From a virus: DNA of 64,000 nt. The position numbers and the translations under genes were made by a program. This document shows positions 56,419-64,000 of the stretch, piece by piece; position 1 is the stretch's first letter, and every line of letters starts with the position of its first letter. The stretch is from positions 32,001 through 96,000 of the IMG/VR virus record IMGVR_UViG_3300032220_000699; one strand, given 5' to 3'. The notes under the pieces are model-generated. The model had not been told where the DNA came from and ran no database searches. It was given only the letters and a program-made list of their open reading frames with translations.

Positions 56419-57255
56419 TTATTTGCAAGCAAGCGTTAGCAGAATTTCTTTCATCTGTGTAACACCGCCATTACAGAAGATCAGACCAGGATGTTCACGA
56501 ACACAATCTTGGTGACCGTGATTGATGTGACCAACAATCAGAACAACATAGTCACAGTGCTTTGCCTGAGAACGAATTAGGCTTAGGTTTTCTTCTTGCT
56601 TATAAAAACGCAAGTCGAGCATTTCGCCATATTCCGATTCAGTCTGGAAAGCAACTTCTCCCATAACACCAATCACCATGACTCTTGGCAGTTGTTGTCT
56701 CTTTTGCCCTGTGATCTTGCGAGCATCTTCCAACTTCTTAGCGAAGCTTCGTTCAACATTACCGAGGGCTGTGCTTAAAGCAGCTTCAAGTTCATTGGTA
56801 AGCTGGTCTTCAAACTGCTTTGCCAAACAGCTAGCCATTTCTGAGATCTTGTCACTGAAAGTAAAACGATCAAGAATACCAGGTATTTTCTTTGGCTTGG
56901 TATAATTAGGCATTATTGGCGGAGCAACATCAGGACCTTTGTAAGTCTGTGTTGGTTGAAAACCAGTACCTAGTGATGGAAGTTTGACTTCAGGCTTTTC
57001 AACCGTTTCCTTTGGCTTTTCACCATAGAACAAAGGGTTAACAACAATCTTACCCATGGAGGCTCTTTTCTTCAGATCTTCCGAAATATTGTAAAAAGTT
57101 CCTTTTGAGTAATGTTTTTCCTTAGGAAAAAGATCTGACTGAACTTGCATAAGACAACCGACCCAGGTTGCATTTTTATTTGCATTCTGAAGAATTGCTG
57201 CATTGTGAACAAGTCTGTCAAGATCTTCTTCAGACATTCTGTATTTTTTCGTCAT
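56419..57255 (-). CDS. Protein with C-terminal DUF2325-like Rossmannoid domain
   Basis: RVMVIG...CDYVVLIVGHINH...IFCNGGVTQMKEIL. Confidence 0.6.
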   Translation of the reverse strand: MTKKYRMSEEDLDRLVHNAAILQNANKNATWVGCLMQVQSDLFPKEKHYSKGTFYNISEDLKKRASMGKIVVNPLFYGEKPKETVEKPEVKLPSLGTGFQPTQTYKGPDVAPPIMPNYTKPKKIPGILDRFTFSDKISEMASCLAKQFEDQLTNELEAALSTALGNVERSFAKKLEDARKITGQKRQQLPRVMVIGVMGEVAFQTESEYGEMLDLRFYKQEENLSLIRSQAKHCDYVVLIVGHINHGHQDCVREHPGLIFCNGGVTQMKEILLTLACK

Positions 57256-57304
57256 TTAATGCTCCTTACTCATTTAAGAGTGTAGTGGTTAATATTCCAT
57301 TTAT

Positions 57305-57328
57305 TATATATGTAATCATAAAAAATTC
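57305..57328 (-). promoter_or_regulatory. Early-type promoter GA-N14-CATATATA
   Basis: 50 nt before 57255. Confidence 0.75.
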
Positions 57329-57366
57329 AAAAAAAAAAAGAACTAGGTGGTTACCCACCTAGTCTT

Positions 57367-57525
57367 CTATTTCTTTTTAGACTTCTTACAGTCACACTTG
57401 ATTACATCATATTCAGTCATCGATCCGATCTTATAGGCGGGTCGAAGTATTTCACCAGTATCTTTACATTTAGGACAAGGTGGTTTAGGTTTCTTTTTAA
57501 ATAGATTTTTCAACCAGTTAAACAT
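57367..57525 (-). CDS. Small zinc-finger protein, 52 aa (MFNWLKNLFKKKPKPPCPKCKDTG...KCDCKKSKKK)
   Basis: Translated by hand, below the track cutoff; coupled to 57527. Confidence 0.6.
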   Translation of the reverse strand: MFNWLKNLFKKKPKPPCPKCKDTGEILRPAYKIGSMTEYDVIKCDCKKSKKK

Positions 57526-57526
57526 T

Positions 57527-57940
57527 TTAATCATCCAGTTTAATTGTTTCAGGAGGAACTTCAGAAGGATTGAGAATTTTGTAAGTTAAAAACTCTTGAG
57601 CAGATTCTTTTATTGATTCACAGACACAAGAGATATTTCTATAGACTCCTGTGCCGTGCGATTTAGTATTATGCACACGATAAACAATATGTTCGTAATA
57701 ACCAAACCACCAATGTTTGCTAACAATTTCAATAATACCAATAGAACCATCTTCACGTTGGAAAGCAGTTCCAATAGCTGGATGATTTTTAATACGAGTA
57801 ATAAGTTCAGGTCTTGAAGTATCTTGACCTATGGCTTCTCGATATTTTCGATACTGACCATAGTTAAAACAATGCTTCATAATAACACCACCGATTAGCG
57901 GTGTTTCGAATGTATACATTTCACCATCTCTAGTTAACAT
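57527..57940 (-). CDS. Hypothetical protein, 137 aa
   Basis: AAGGAG RBS, early promoter. Confidence 0.7.
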   Translation of the reverse strand: MLTRDGEMYTFETPLIGGVIMKHCFNYGQYRKYREAIGQDTSRPELITRIKNHPAIGTAFQREDGSIGIIEIVSKHWWFGYYEHIVYRVHNTKSHGTGVYRNISCVCESIKESAQEFLTYKILNPSEVPPETIKLDD

Positions 57941-57967
57941 GATATCTCCTTTTTATTAGTCAGTAGA

Positions 57968-57991
57968 TATATATGCAATTATTTAATATTC
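57968..57991 (-). promoter_or_regulatory. Early-type promoter GA-N14-CATATATA
   Basis: 28 nt before 57940. Confidence 0.75.
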
Positions 57992-57992
57992 A

Positions 57993-58700
57993 CTAACCTT
58001 TAAGTTTAGTAGTAACAAGATATTCTAAAGCACCTAATACCTTCTTAAGAGAATCTACCATATTAAAAACATAAATAACTTCGTCTTTGTCAGGTGTTTT
58101 GGTCATGTAAGTAGACCAACCCTGAAGTGCTTTAACAACGTCCTCTTCTTCTGCTAAAGAAGAAACATTCATCGTAACTTTAATTTCTTTATAAAGAGCT
58201 ACAAATTGTGTTTTATTGATATCAAGTTTTACTTTCCTCATGAGTTGTTTAGCACGCGCATAGTCGTACTGTTCAATCATGGAATCACAATTAAATGTAA
58301 TTGGTTTTGTTTTTACAAACCAGTAAAAAGGAATTAATTTTTCAGAATTACTGTCATAGTTAGTTGAAGCATCTGCGTAAGATAAAACAGCATAACTCCA
58401 CTCGTCACAAATTTGTTTATAAAGTTTTAGTTCTTTATCTGTTGTAGGTTTTTTCGGAAGATAAACAAATGTAATTAATTCTGTTTGTAATTTATCAGAA
58501 GGATAAAGATAAGCTTTATATAGAAGATTATAGTTTGTTTGGCTATATTTCTTTGTTGGTGTAATAATAATAGGCGCAGAAGAAACAGTTGTTTCGCGTT
58601 GCATCTCTGGAGGTGATTCTAAAGTTCTTATTTCAGAAACTTTAGTAGCTGAACAACCTGTTATAAAAATTACAGCAAGAAATAAAATAAACTTAGTCAT
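57993..58700 (-). CDS. Lipoprotein, about 235 aa
   Basis: MTKFILFLAVIFITGC signal peptide II / lipobox. Confidence 0.75.
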   Translation of the reverse strand: MTKFILFLAVIFITGCSATKVSEIRTLESPPEMQRETTVSSAPIIITPTKKYSQTNYNLLYKAYLYPSDKLQTELITFVYLPKKPTTDKELKLYKQICDEWSYAVLSYADASTNYDSNSEKLIPFYWFVKTKPITFNCDSMIEQYDYARAKQLMRKVKLDINKTQFVALYKEIKVTMNVSSLAEEEDVVKALQGWSTYMTKTPDKDEVIYVFNMVDSLKKVLGALEYLVTTKLKG

Positions 58701-58962
58701 TTTCTTCTTTCTCCGCAAGTTGAGTTGGTTCTACCTTTTCTTGAGATAGCTCATAAATCTTTGCTAACAAAAGAAAAATGAAAATTGAAAAAAGAAACGT
58801 GAACATAAAGAAAAGAATAATCTCTTCCTGATCACCTAACCCATAATGCCTAACTTCAACTGCTGTCAGAATAATCGACACAATTAAAGTTAGTAACAGA
58901 CCTAAGGGTGCTACCTTCCCTTGAAGAAAACAGATTAATTTTTCTAACATTATAACTCCCAA
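58693..58962 (-). CDS. Two-TM membrane protein
   Basis: Two hydrophobic helices. Confidence 0.65.
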   Translation of the reverse strand: MGVIMLEKLICFLQGKVAPLGLLLTLIVSIILTAVEVRHYGLGDQEEIILFFMFTFLFSIFIFLLLAKIYELSQEKVEPTQLAEKEEND

Positions 58963-58997
58963 AAAGCTATTTACCCAAATTAGTTAGAAAAAGAAAA

Positions 58998-59024
58998 AAG
59001 ACACCAGGAGTAACCTGGTGTCTT
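58998..59024 (-). terminator. Intrinsic terminator
   Basis: aagacaccagg/cctggtgtctt. Confidence 0.8.
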
Positions 59025-59027
59025 CTA

Positions 59028-59264
59028 TCATTCAGCTGTAAGTATAAGCTGATAATTACCTAAATCAGAAACATCAACATTGACATTCAGTTTAGCTTCA
59101 CAAACAGGACATTCAGCTTTCACATTTTCTTCCCTGTCGAATGCCGGACTATATTCTTCCAACCTATCACAGAGTTCATCAATAATTGGACTCTTAGAGC
59201 GTTTGTCAGAAAGCAGCTGAAGAAGTTCTTTATCAGTGTAATTTGAATAGTTAGTGTGACTCAT
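59028..59264 (-). CDS. Small protein with CPVCEA zinc knuckle
   Basis: Start moved to ATG 59264. Confidence 0.6.
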   Translation of the reverse strand: MSHTNYSNYTDKELLQLLSDKRSKSPIIDELCDRLEEYSPAFDREENVKAECPVCEAKLNVNVDVSDLGNYQLILTAE

Positions 59265-59622
59265 TCTGGTTAGCTTCGCGGTAAGGTTCAAGAGAACTTG
59301 ACAGCAAAGACATAGTGGAAGTAATACTCTTAGCTGCCTCATTGTAAATGTTGATAGCCTTAGATAAACGAAGCAACTCGGCGTGTTGCGACTTCTTATC
59401 ATTTTCCAAAGTCTGAACTTTATGAATCAGAATTTGGTTATCCATCATTAACTTACCAAAAGCAATATTAGCTTGTTCAAGTGTAGCAAACTTACCAACC
59501 ATCTTATAAGGTAAGTCATGATCATTCGGATGAACTTTTGCACAATGTTGAAGAAGTTGATCTTCTTTCTCACACTCAAATCCACAACAGCTACAACGAT
59601 AATTCATTTTCTTCTTACCCAT
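59251..59622 (-). CDS. C2H2-like zinc finger plus coiled-coil protein
   Basis: YRCSCCGFECEKEDQLLQHCAKVH. Confidence 0.65.
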   Translation of the reverse strand: MGKKKMNYRCSCCGFECEKEDQLLQHCAKVHPNDHDLPYKMVGKFATLEQANIAFGKLMMDNQILIHKVQTLENDKKSQHAELLRLSKAINIYNEAAKSITSTMSLLSSSLEPYREANQNESH

Positions 59623-59839
59623 TTTCCTTCTCCCGGAATTTGATAAGAATTTCACAGGTCTTCATGTTGCAGAGCATGCCATCAACATGAGCACAACCTT
59701 CCTTCTTATAAACATCACAGTGTTTAACCGGATCGTCTTTACGACCAAAAATCGCATCATGTCGATTACCAAATTTCTCACGATCGGTAATAGGACGTTC
59801 AGCAGATCCTTTACCACCAGCACCAGTAACGATACCCAT
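59615..59839 (-). CDS. Small Cys-rich protein, 74 aa
   Basis: GKGSAERP motif and CDVYKKEGCAHVDGMLC; GGAG RBS. Confidence 0.7.
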   Translation of the reverse strand: MGIVTGAGGKGSAERPITDREKFGNRHDAIFGRKDDPVKHCDVYKKEGCAHVDGMLCNMKTCEILIKFREKENG

Positions 59840-59865
59840 TTATTTATTCTCCGTATTGGAAAGAG

Positions 59866-60156
59866 TTATTTAAAGTAGTAACTAATCACATCAAGTGCTA
59901 TTGCGCCATAGCGATAAATAATATAACCAACCAAAACAACAATGATTAGTCTAACAGAAATAAAAACGAGTTTATTGTCTACACCACAGTTAGAATCACA
60001 ATCCTCGTGATTTATATTTCTCTGTGTAAAAACAATAGCTGGTGACACACCGCCATGTTTAACAATAGAACATTTACGACATTTTTCACTTTGCTCTTTG
60101 TTAAATACAAAGAAGGATTTTATTTTCTCTATACCTCTGTTGATGAAGTTAAGCAT
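59866..60156 (-). CDS. Membrane-anchored protein, 96 aa
   Basis: AGGAG RBS, C-terminal TM. Confidence 0.6.
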   Translation of the reverse strand: MLNFINRGIEKIKSFFVFNKEQSEKCRKCSIVKHGGVSPAIVFTQRNINHEDCDSNCGVDNKLVFISVRLIIVVLVGYIIYRYGAIALDVISYYFK

Positions 60157-60204
60157 ATGCTTCTCCTAATTATATCATGATATTATTATTATAGTAAAAA
60201 ACTA

Positions 60205-60582
60205 TTATAAGCTGTCACGAATAATATTAAGCTTCTTAGTCATCTCGACAGCTGATTCTTTACCACCATGTTTATCAGGATGACAAAGTTGAATAAGAGA
60301 CTTTAGATCTTCTTTACTCAATTGAATACCTGCGGGTTGAAATGTTGCATTTTGAAGAAATTGTTCTCCGCCTTTTTCATTGATACGTTTAACTAACTTA
60401 TTATACTCATTAAGAAGTTGTTCATAACGAGCTTTATACATAATAGAATTAATAGTGTTATCAAAAGCTCTATTAGCTTCTTCTAACTGTTTCTGACGGT
60501 GTTTCTTTTCTTCTTTAATAGCGTAATGAGCTTCCTTGACAGCATACCAGACTCTCATAATTTTCTTAATAAATTCTACCAC
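60205..60582 (-). CDS. C-terminal J-domain (DnaJ-like) protein
   Basis: LIQLCHPDKHGG...EMTKKLN; GTG start with AGGAG RBS. Confidence 0.75.
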   Translation of the reverse strand: MVEFIKKIMRVWYAVKEAHYAIKEEKKHRQKQLEEANRAFDNTINSIMYKARYEQLLNEYNKLVKRINEKGGEQFLQNATFQPAGIQLSKEDLKSLIQLCHPDKHGGKESAVEMTKKLNIIRDSL

Positions 60583-60610
60583 GGTAATCTCCTAACAGAT
60601 ATTGTCAAGT

Positions 60611-60636
60611 TATATATGTGTAATTAAATTAACATC
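60611..60636 (-). promoter_or_regulatory. Early-type promoter core CATATATA
   Basis: 29 nt before 60582; GA at 16-nt spacing. Confidence 0.6.
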
Positions 60637-60642
60637 AAGAAC

Positions 60643-60672
60643 AAGATAAGGTAGCCTTAGCTACCTTATCTT
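60643..60672 (-). terminator. Intrinsic terminator after HNH
   Basis: 13-bp inverted repeat. Confidence 0.8.
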
Positions 60673-60674
60673 TC

Positions 60675-61157
60675 TTAAATCACAAAAGTTGCATTACCTT
60701 CATCGTCTAACTGTAACTCATAAATATCAACATCTACATACTTATTAGGTTTAGTGTAATCAATATTACCACGACGACGAAGATGCATGTCCAGCATATT
60801 ATCGTCATGAGTTCCTATTTCTAAATGATCAGGATTACAACAAGGAGGATTGTCACAAACTTTGTGTCGTACAATCATACCAGGAGGAATTTCAACACCT
60901 TCCGATAAAGTTTTAGCAACACGATGTGCTTTTAGATCATATTTGTTTCTACTTCCATCTGGGTTACGTTCTCCTTCAACCATGATGAGACCGTAACCAC
61001 GTTCAGACACACGCCCTTTCCATTCCCAGCAACGATTACCTTGCTGTATATCTACATTAGACCAGAAACGTTCTTTGTCATTTGCATCCATCTTATCAAG
61101 AATAGGAACTGTAACGTAGTGCGGGTCTTTTTCTTGGTTTTGTACTTCGTTTTGCAT
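60675..61157 (-). CDS. Free-standing HNH endonuclease
   Basis: CWEWKG..GYG..KAHRV..VRHKVCDNPPCCNPDHL..GTHDDN. Confidence 0.88.
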   Translation of the reverse strand: MQNEVQNQEKDPHYVTVPILDKMDANDKERFWSNVDIQQGNRCWEWKGRVSERGYGLIMVEGERNPDGSRNKYDLKAHRVAKTLSEGVEIPPGMIVRHKVCDNPPCCNPDHLEIGTHDDNMLDMHLRRRGNIDYTKPNKYVDVDIYELQLDDEGNATFVI

Positions 61158-61241
61158 TTTATACTCCTTTTTGCGTTGTATCAAAAAGTTTAATAAAAAA
61201 TAAAAAAAAAGACGAGAGTAACCCCGTCTTTTTTGATTAGG

Positions 61242-62168
61242 TCAATAGTACTTAACTTGACTATTTACGGAAAGTTTATCTTTCATAACTTTCGGTGCAT
61301 TGATTTTGAATTGTGTTCCATTAATCTCTACAGTCTGTTGACCGCGAAGATAAGATGTAACATCAATATCAATACCATTCTTCAGCCTACGTTTATGAGA
61401 CTCAATCAGATGCAGAACAGGTCTTTTACGACCAGTCTCTGTAACTGGCAGAGAGCGCGCATACAGAAGAGATTTTATTTCTTCCTGCATGCAACCAAGA
61501 TGAACTTTTGCCTTTTCTTCTTGAGCAGTAATTGTCCAGCAAAAACGACGGTCGGCCGAGATTTGCAAAACAACTGAACCCATCATTTCTGTTTCTTTGA
61601 GAATAACAGGTTCTGTTTCAATTACCTGGTGTTTGTAATAACCAGCAGGTGATTGAAATACTTGTTTACATGGGAAAACCATTCCGGTTTTATCAACCGT
61701 AATATAACGACGTTCACCCATAATTCCACCAGCTTTAAGGGCGTAAAGAAAAGTCAATTCATATAAAGTTCCACCACTTTGCTGCCGCCAGTATTTCCCG
61801 AGAATATTAGCTTTCTTGAAATGAACAGTGATAGCATAAGTATCGGGATTGGTTTCTGCAGTTTTCCCTTCTGGCAAAATAGTGTAACAACCAGACTCAG
61901 GCAGAACATCGTTTTGCATATCAAAACCCCAACGAGTTTTGAAGATGTCCTCTTCGTCATATGCTTCAGCAGTAAGAAATCTAGAGCTGCTTGCAATATA
62001 AGGACCTGATTGACGTATGGCAAAAAGACGTTCTTCCGTTAAACGATCAGGAGGCGGCGCTCCTTTTAACTTTTTAATCTTGGTTTCAAAACAAGATATC
62101 AAAGCACTAGATACAGTTTCTTCAAAATCTTCTTGTGTCCAAAAATCTTTATCAGTTGCAGTGTTCAT
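61242..62168 (-). CDS. Hypothetical protein, 308 aa
   Basis: AAGGAG RBS, early promoter; basic HLIESHKRRL motif. Confidence 0.75.
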   Translation of the reverse strand: MNTATDKDFWTQEDFEETVSSALISCFETKIKKLKGAPPPDRLTEERLFAIRQSGPYIASSSRFLTAEAYDEEDIFKTRWGFDMQNDVLPESGCYTILPEGKTAETNPDTYAITVHFKKANILGKYWRQQSGGTLYELTFLYALKAGGIMGERRYITVDKTGMVFPCKQVFQSPAGYYKHQVIETEPVILKETEMMGSVVLQISADRRFCWTITAQEEKAKVHLGCMQEEIKSLLYARSLPVTETGRKRPVLHLIESHKRRLKNGIDIDVTSYLRGQQTVEINGTQFKINAPKVMKDKLSVNSQVKYY

Positions 62169-62207
62169 TTATTTCTCCTTAAGGAATTGATAGGTTCCAT
62201 CTTTTAA

Positions 62208-62231
62208 TATATATGTATTTAAAAAAATATC
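62208..62231 (-). promoter_or_regulatory. Early-type promoter GA-N14-CATATATA
   Basis: 40 nt before 62168. Confidence 0.75.
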
Positions 62232-62245
62232 AAAAACAAAAAAAA

Positions 62246-62269
62246 AACACCAGGAGTTACCCTGGTGTT
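62246..62269 (-). terminator. Intrinsic terminator
   Basis: aacaccagg/cctggtgtt. Confidence 0.8.
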
Positions 62270-62282
62270 CTTCTTATCGAGC

Positions 62283-62873
62283 TTATTTGTTGTACAGAAT
62301 ATCTGCGCAAACAAGTTCTGCTTCACGAATCGGCATAACCCGTTTACTGGAACCACTGCCCAGATTCAGGTTACTGTTACCGACATACTTGGCAACAAAG
62401 TAGATCGGACGACCGACAGACACATTGTCACGCAACCACTTGGTTGTCTTAACGGTATTGAGCGAATAACCCCATTCACGAGAACCACCGAGGTTTGTCG
62501 TGCGGGTATAAATCTCACTACCGTTGACACCAATAATTTCCGTCACATCAGAGAACAACTGTCCCTGAGGTTGCGGCTTGATTGCTTCGTTGTTGCGCGT
62601 AACACTGAGACCGTACGGACGAGAGCCGATTTCAGAGCTGGGAATTTTTACTTCAGCAATATCGTTACACGACTTGATATTTGCATAGTTCCCTGCCATG
62701 ACTTGAGACTTCAGCGGAATCTTCTGTTTGTCGAAGAAGTCAGCACCAACTGCCGATTTCTTACCACCGACATAATTGTCTGCGCAGTCATCATCATCCG
62801 GATGACAAGCAGCGATAGCATTCCCACTAACTATCGAAAGAGCAAGAAAAACAATACTAATCAAATGTTTCAT
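62283..62873 (-). CDS. Secreted/periplasmic protein, 196 aa
   Basis: Signal peptide ending in AIA-A, Cys pairs, GAGGTG RBS, own promoter and terminator. Confidence 0.75.
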   Translation of the reverse strand: MKHLISIVFLALSIVSGNAIAACHPDDDDCADNYVGGKKSAVGADFFDKQKIPLKSQVMAGNYANIKSCNDIAEVKIPSSEIGSRPYGLSVTRNNEAIKPQPQGQLFSDVTEIIGVNGSEIYTRTTNLGGSREWGYSLNTVKTTKWLRDNVSVGRPIYFVAKYVGNSNLNLGSGSSKRVMPIREAELVCADILYNK

Positions 62874-62912
62874 TTTATCACCTCATGAAGGAATTGAATT
62901 TACTACACTTAT

Positions 62913-62936
62913 TATATATGTAACCAAGATTTTTTC
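62913..62936 (-). promoter_or_regulatory. Early-type promoter GA-N14-CATATATA
   Basis: 40 nt before 62873. Confidence 0.75.
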
Positions 62937-62981
62937 AAACGTATAAAAAAGAAAAAGGTAGCCGAAGCTACCTTAATCTGA

Positions 62982-63317
62982 TTAAATATCGTAATAATCC
63001 CAAGCATGTGGTTCATGCTTATTCATAAAGTCTTGAAAACCTTCTTCAGTGTCCACATACACTTCTTCTTCAAAGTTTCCCCACACTCGTCCGTAGACAG
63101 GATGGATTGCTTCAAAGTCATTAACCCAATAGTAATAATCCTCAACAATCCTACCAGATATGATCCAACCATCAGGATGAACTCTGACGAATGTACCAGT
63201 CTCACGGTTATGATTCTCAAGAACTTCTTCTGGATTTAAAGTATAAGCAGCGGCACTAAAGAATTTTTTCTGCTCTTCTTCAACAAAAAAATCTACACCA
63301 AGTTTTTTCGTAATCAT
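62982..63317 (-). CDS. Hypothetical acidic/aromatic protein, 111 aa
   Basis: AAGGTG RBS. Confidence 0.7.
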   Translation of the reverse strand: MITKKLGVDFFVEEEQKKFFSAAAYTLNPEEVLENHNRETGTFVRVHPDGWIISGRIVEDYYYWVNDFEAIHPVYGRVWGNFEEEVYVDTEEGFQDFMNKHEPHAWDYYDI

Positions 63318-63420
63318 GATATCACCTTAGACAGTTAAACAGCTGGTCTAAAGCTAAGATGATCACAATTACCACAATTACTATTTACTTAGTGTCAATT
63401 AATATAGATTTAAATAAAAA

Positions 63421-63446
63421 AACAAGGTGACCAAAGTCACCTTGTT
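63421..63446 (-). terminator. Intrinsic terminator
   Basis: aacaaggtgac/gtcaccttgtt. Confidence 0.8.
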
Positions 63447-63450
63447 CCTG

Positions 63451-63600
63451 TTATGCTTCTTTCTTTTTACTGAACTTCGCAGTGAGAGAATCCTTCATAG
63501 CTTTAGCTTTCCAACCAAGCCAGAAGAATAGGACACCAGTCATTCCCATTGCAAGAATAACGTCACCCCGTCCTGCGAATATACCAACCGCTGTGTTCAT
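63451..63600 (-). CDS. Small membrane protein, 49 aa
   Basis: Translated by hand; ATGA overlap with the upstream stop; TM plus basic tail. Confidence 0.55.
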   Translation of the reverse strand: MNTAVGIFAGRGDVILAMGMTGVLFFWLGWKAKAMKDSLTAKFSKKKEA

Positions 63601-64000
63601 TTACCGGTGAACGACTTGAATGGCAGCTTAATGCCGAGGTTACACTGCTTCAGCTCTTTGTAGAAAGCAGTATCGATAAAGTCCTTCTCAAGGAAGCAAC
63701 CCATCTGAGCAGAGTGGGTCGAGCAGTAAGCCTTGTACTTTTCGACTTCCTTGGTCTTCTCGTTCTTTTCACCCATGAACGAAACCCAGATCCAACCGGA
63801 ACCTTGCAAGCACTCGGATGTCATCATCAAATCAGGATGAGTCACAATCTTCATACCAGTAAGGCGTGGATTAGCATCACGATACTCACGTGCCAGTGTA
63901 TCGGCATTGCTGATCGTGGTGGCACGATAAGAGTCCAGGATATCAGCATTGCGGATAGCCAGTTCATCCTTCGTTGGTGCGCGTTCACCACAACCAACCA
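63597..64000 (-). CDS. Lipoprotein, 5'-truncated by the window edge
   Basis: The track ORF 63597..63854 is open in frame to 64000: ...VGCGERAPTKDELAIRNAD...; VGC lipobox at the edge. Confidence 0.7.
   Translation of the reverse strand, partial: VGCGERAPTKDELAIRNADILDSYRATTISNADTLAREYRDANPRLTGMKIVTHPDLMMTSECLQGSGWIWVSFMGEKNEKTKEVEKYKAYCSTHSAQMGCFLEKDFIDTAFYKELKQCNLGIKLPFKSFTGK

Noticed and set aside
54074-63600. Three genes beginning MNTA (nrdJ, 62168, 63600)
   Set aside because: DNA differs at wobble positions; probably a favoured A-rich initiation context or chance
1-64000. CRISPR array
   Set aside because: The recurrent palindromes are isolated terminators, with no regularly spaced direct repeats and unique spacers
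1-64000. Stop-codon reassignment, as in some jumbo phages
   Set aside because: Core genes are intact in the standard code, and TAA, TGA and TAG all occur as stops before terminators or coupled starts

Overview
A 64 kb segment of an AT-rich, nucleus-forming jumbo phage (phiKZ-like, Chimalliviridae) of a Gram-negative host. Recognisable core genes: chimallin (ChmA), PhuZ tubulin, two non-virion RNAP subunits (beta'-N, truncated at the left edge; beta-N), the catalytic virion RNAP beta' subunit, major capsid protein, portal, a gp181-like tail gene apparently split in two (the second part carries M15 peptidase and lytic transglycosylase domains), tail-fibre genes (one with two Kelch propellers), a spanin pair, RuvC, an SNase nuclease, a NUDIX hydrolase and a class II ribonucleotide reductase. 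Small accessory ORFs are interspersed, mostly on the minus strand. The most informative non-coding signals are: (i) a bipartite early-type promoter GA-N14-CATATATA (14 exact core copies, all minus strand); (ii) a late-type motif TTTGAC(T/C) 25-27 nt before structural-gene starts; both differ from the published phiKZ consensuses; (iii) two structured ORF-free regions ending in their own terminators (about 18400-18570, and the nrdJ leader), candidates for undescribed phage RNAs; (iv) promoter and terminator modules copied to distant loci. Family assignments come from motif recognition and recalled phiKZ-like gene order, not from database searches.
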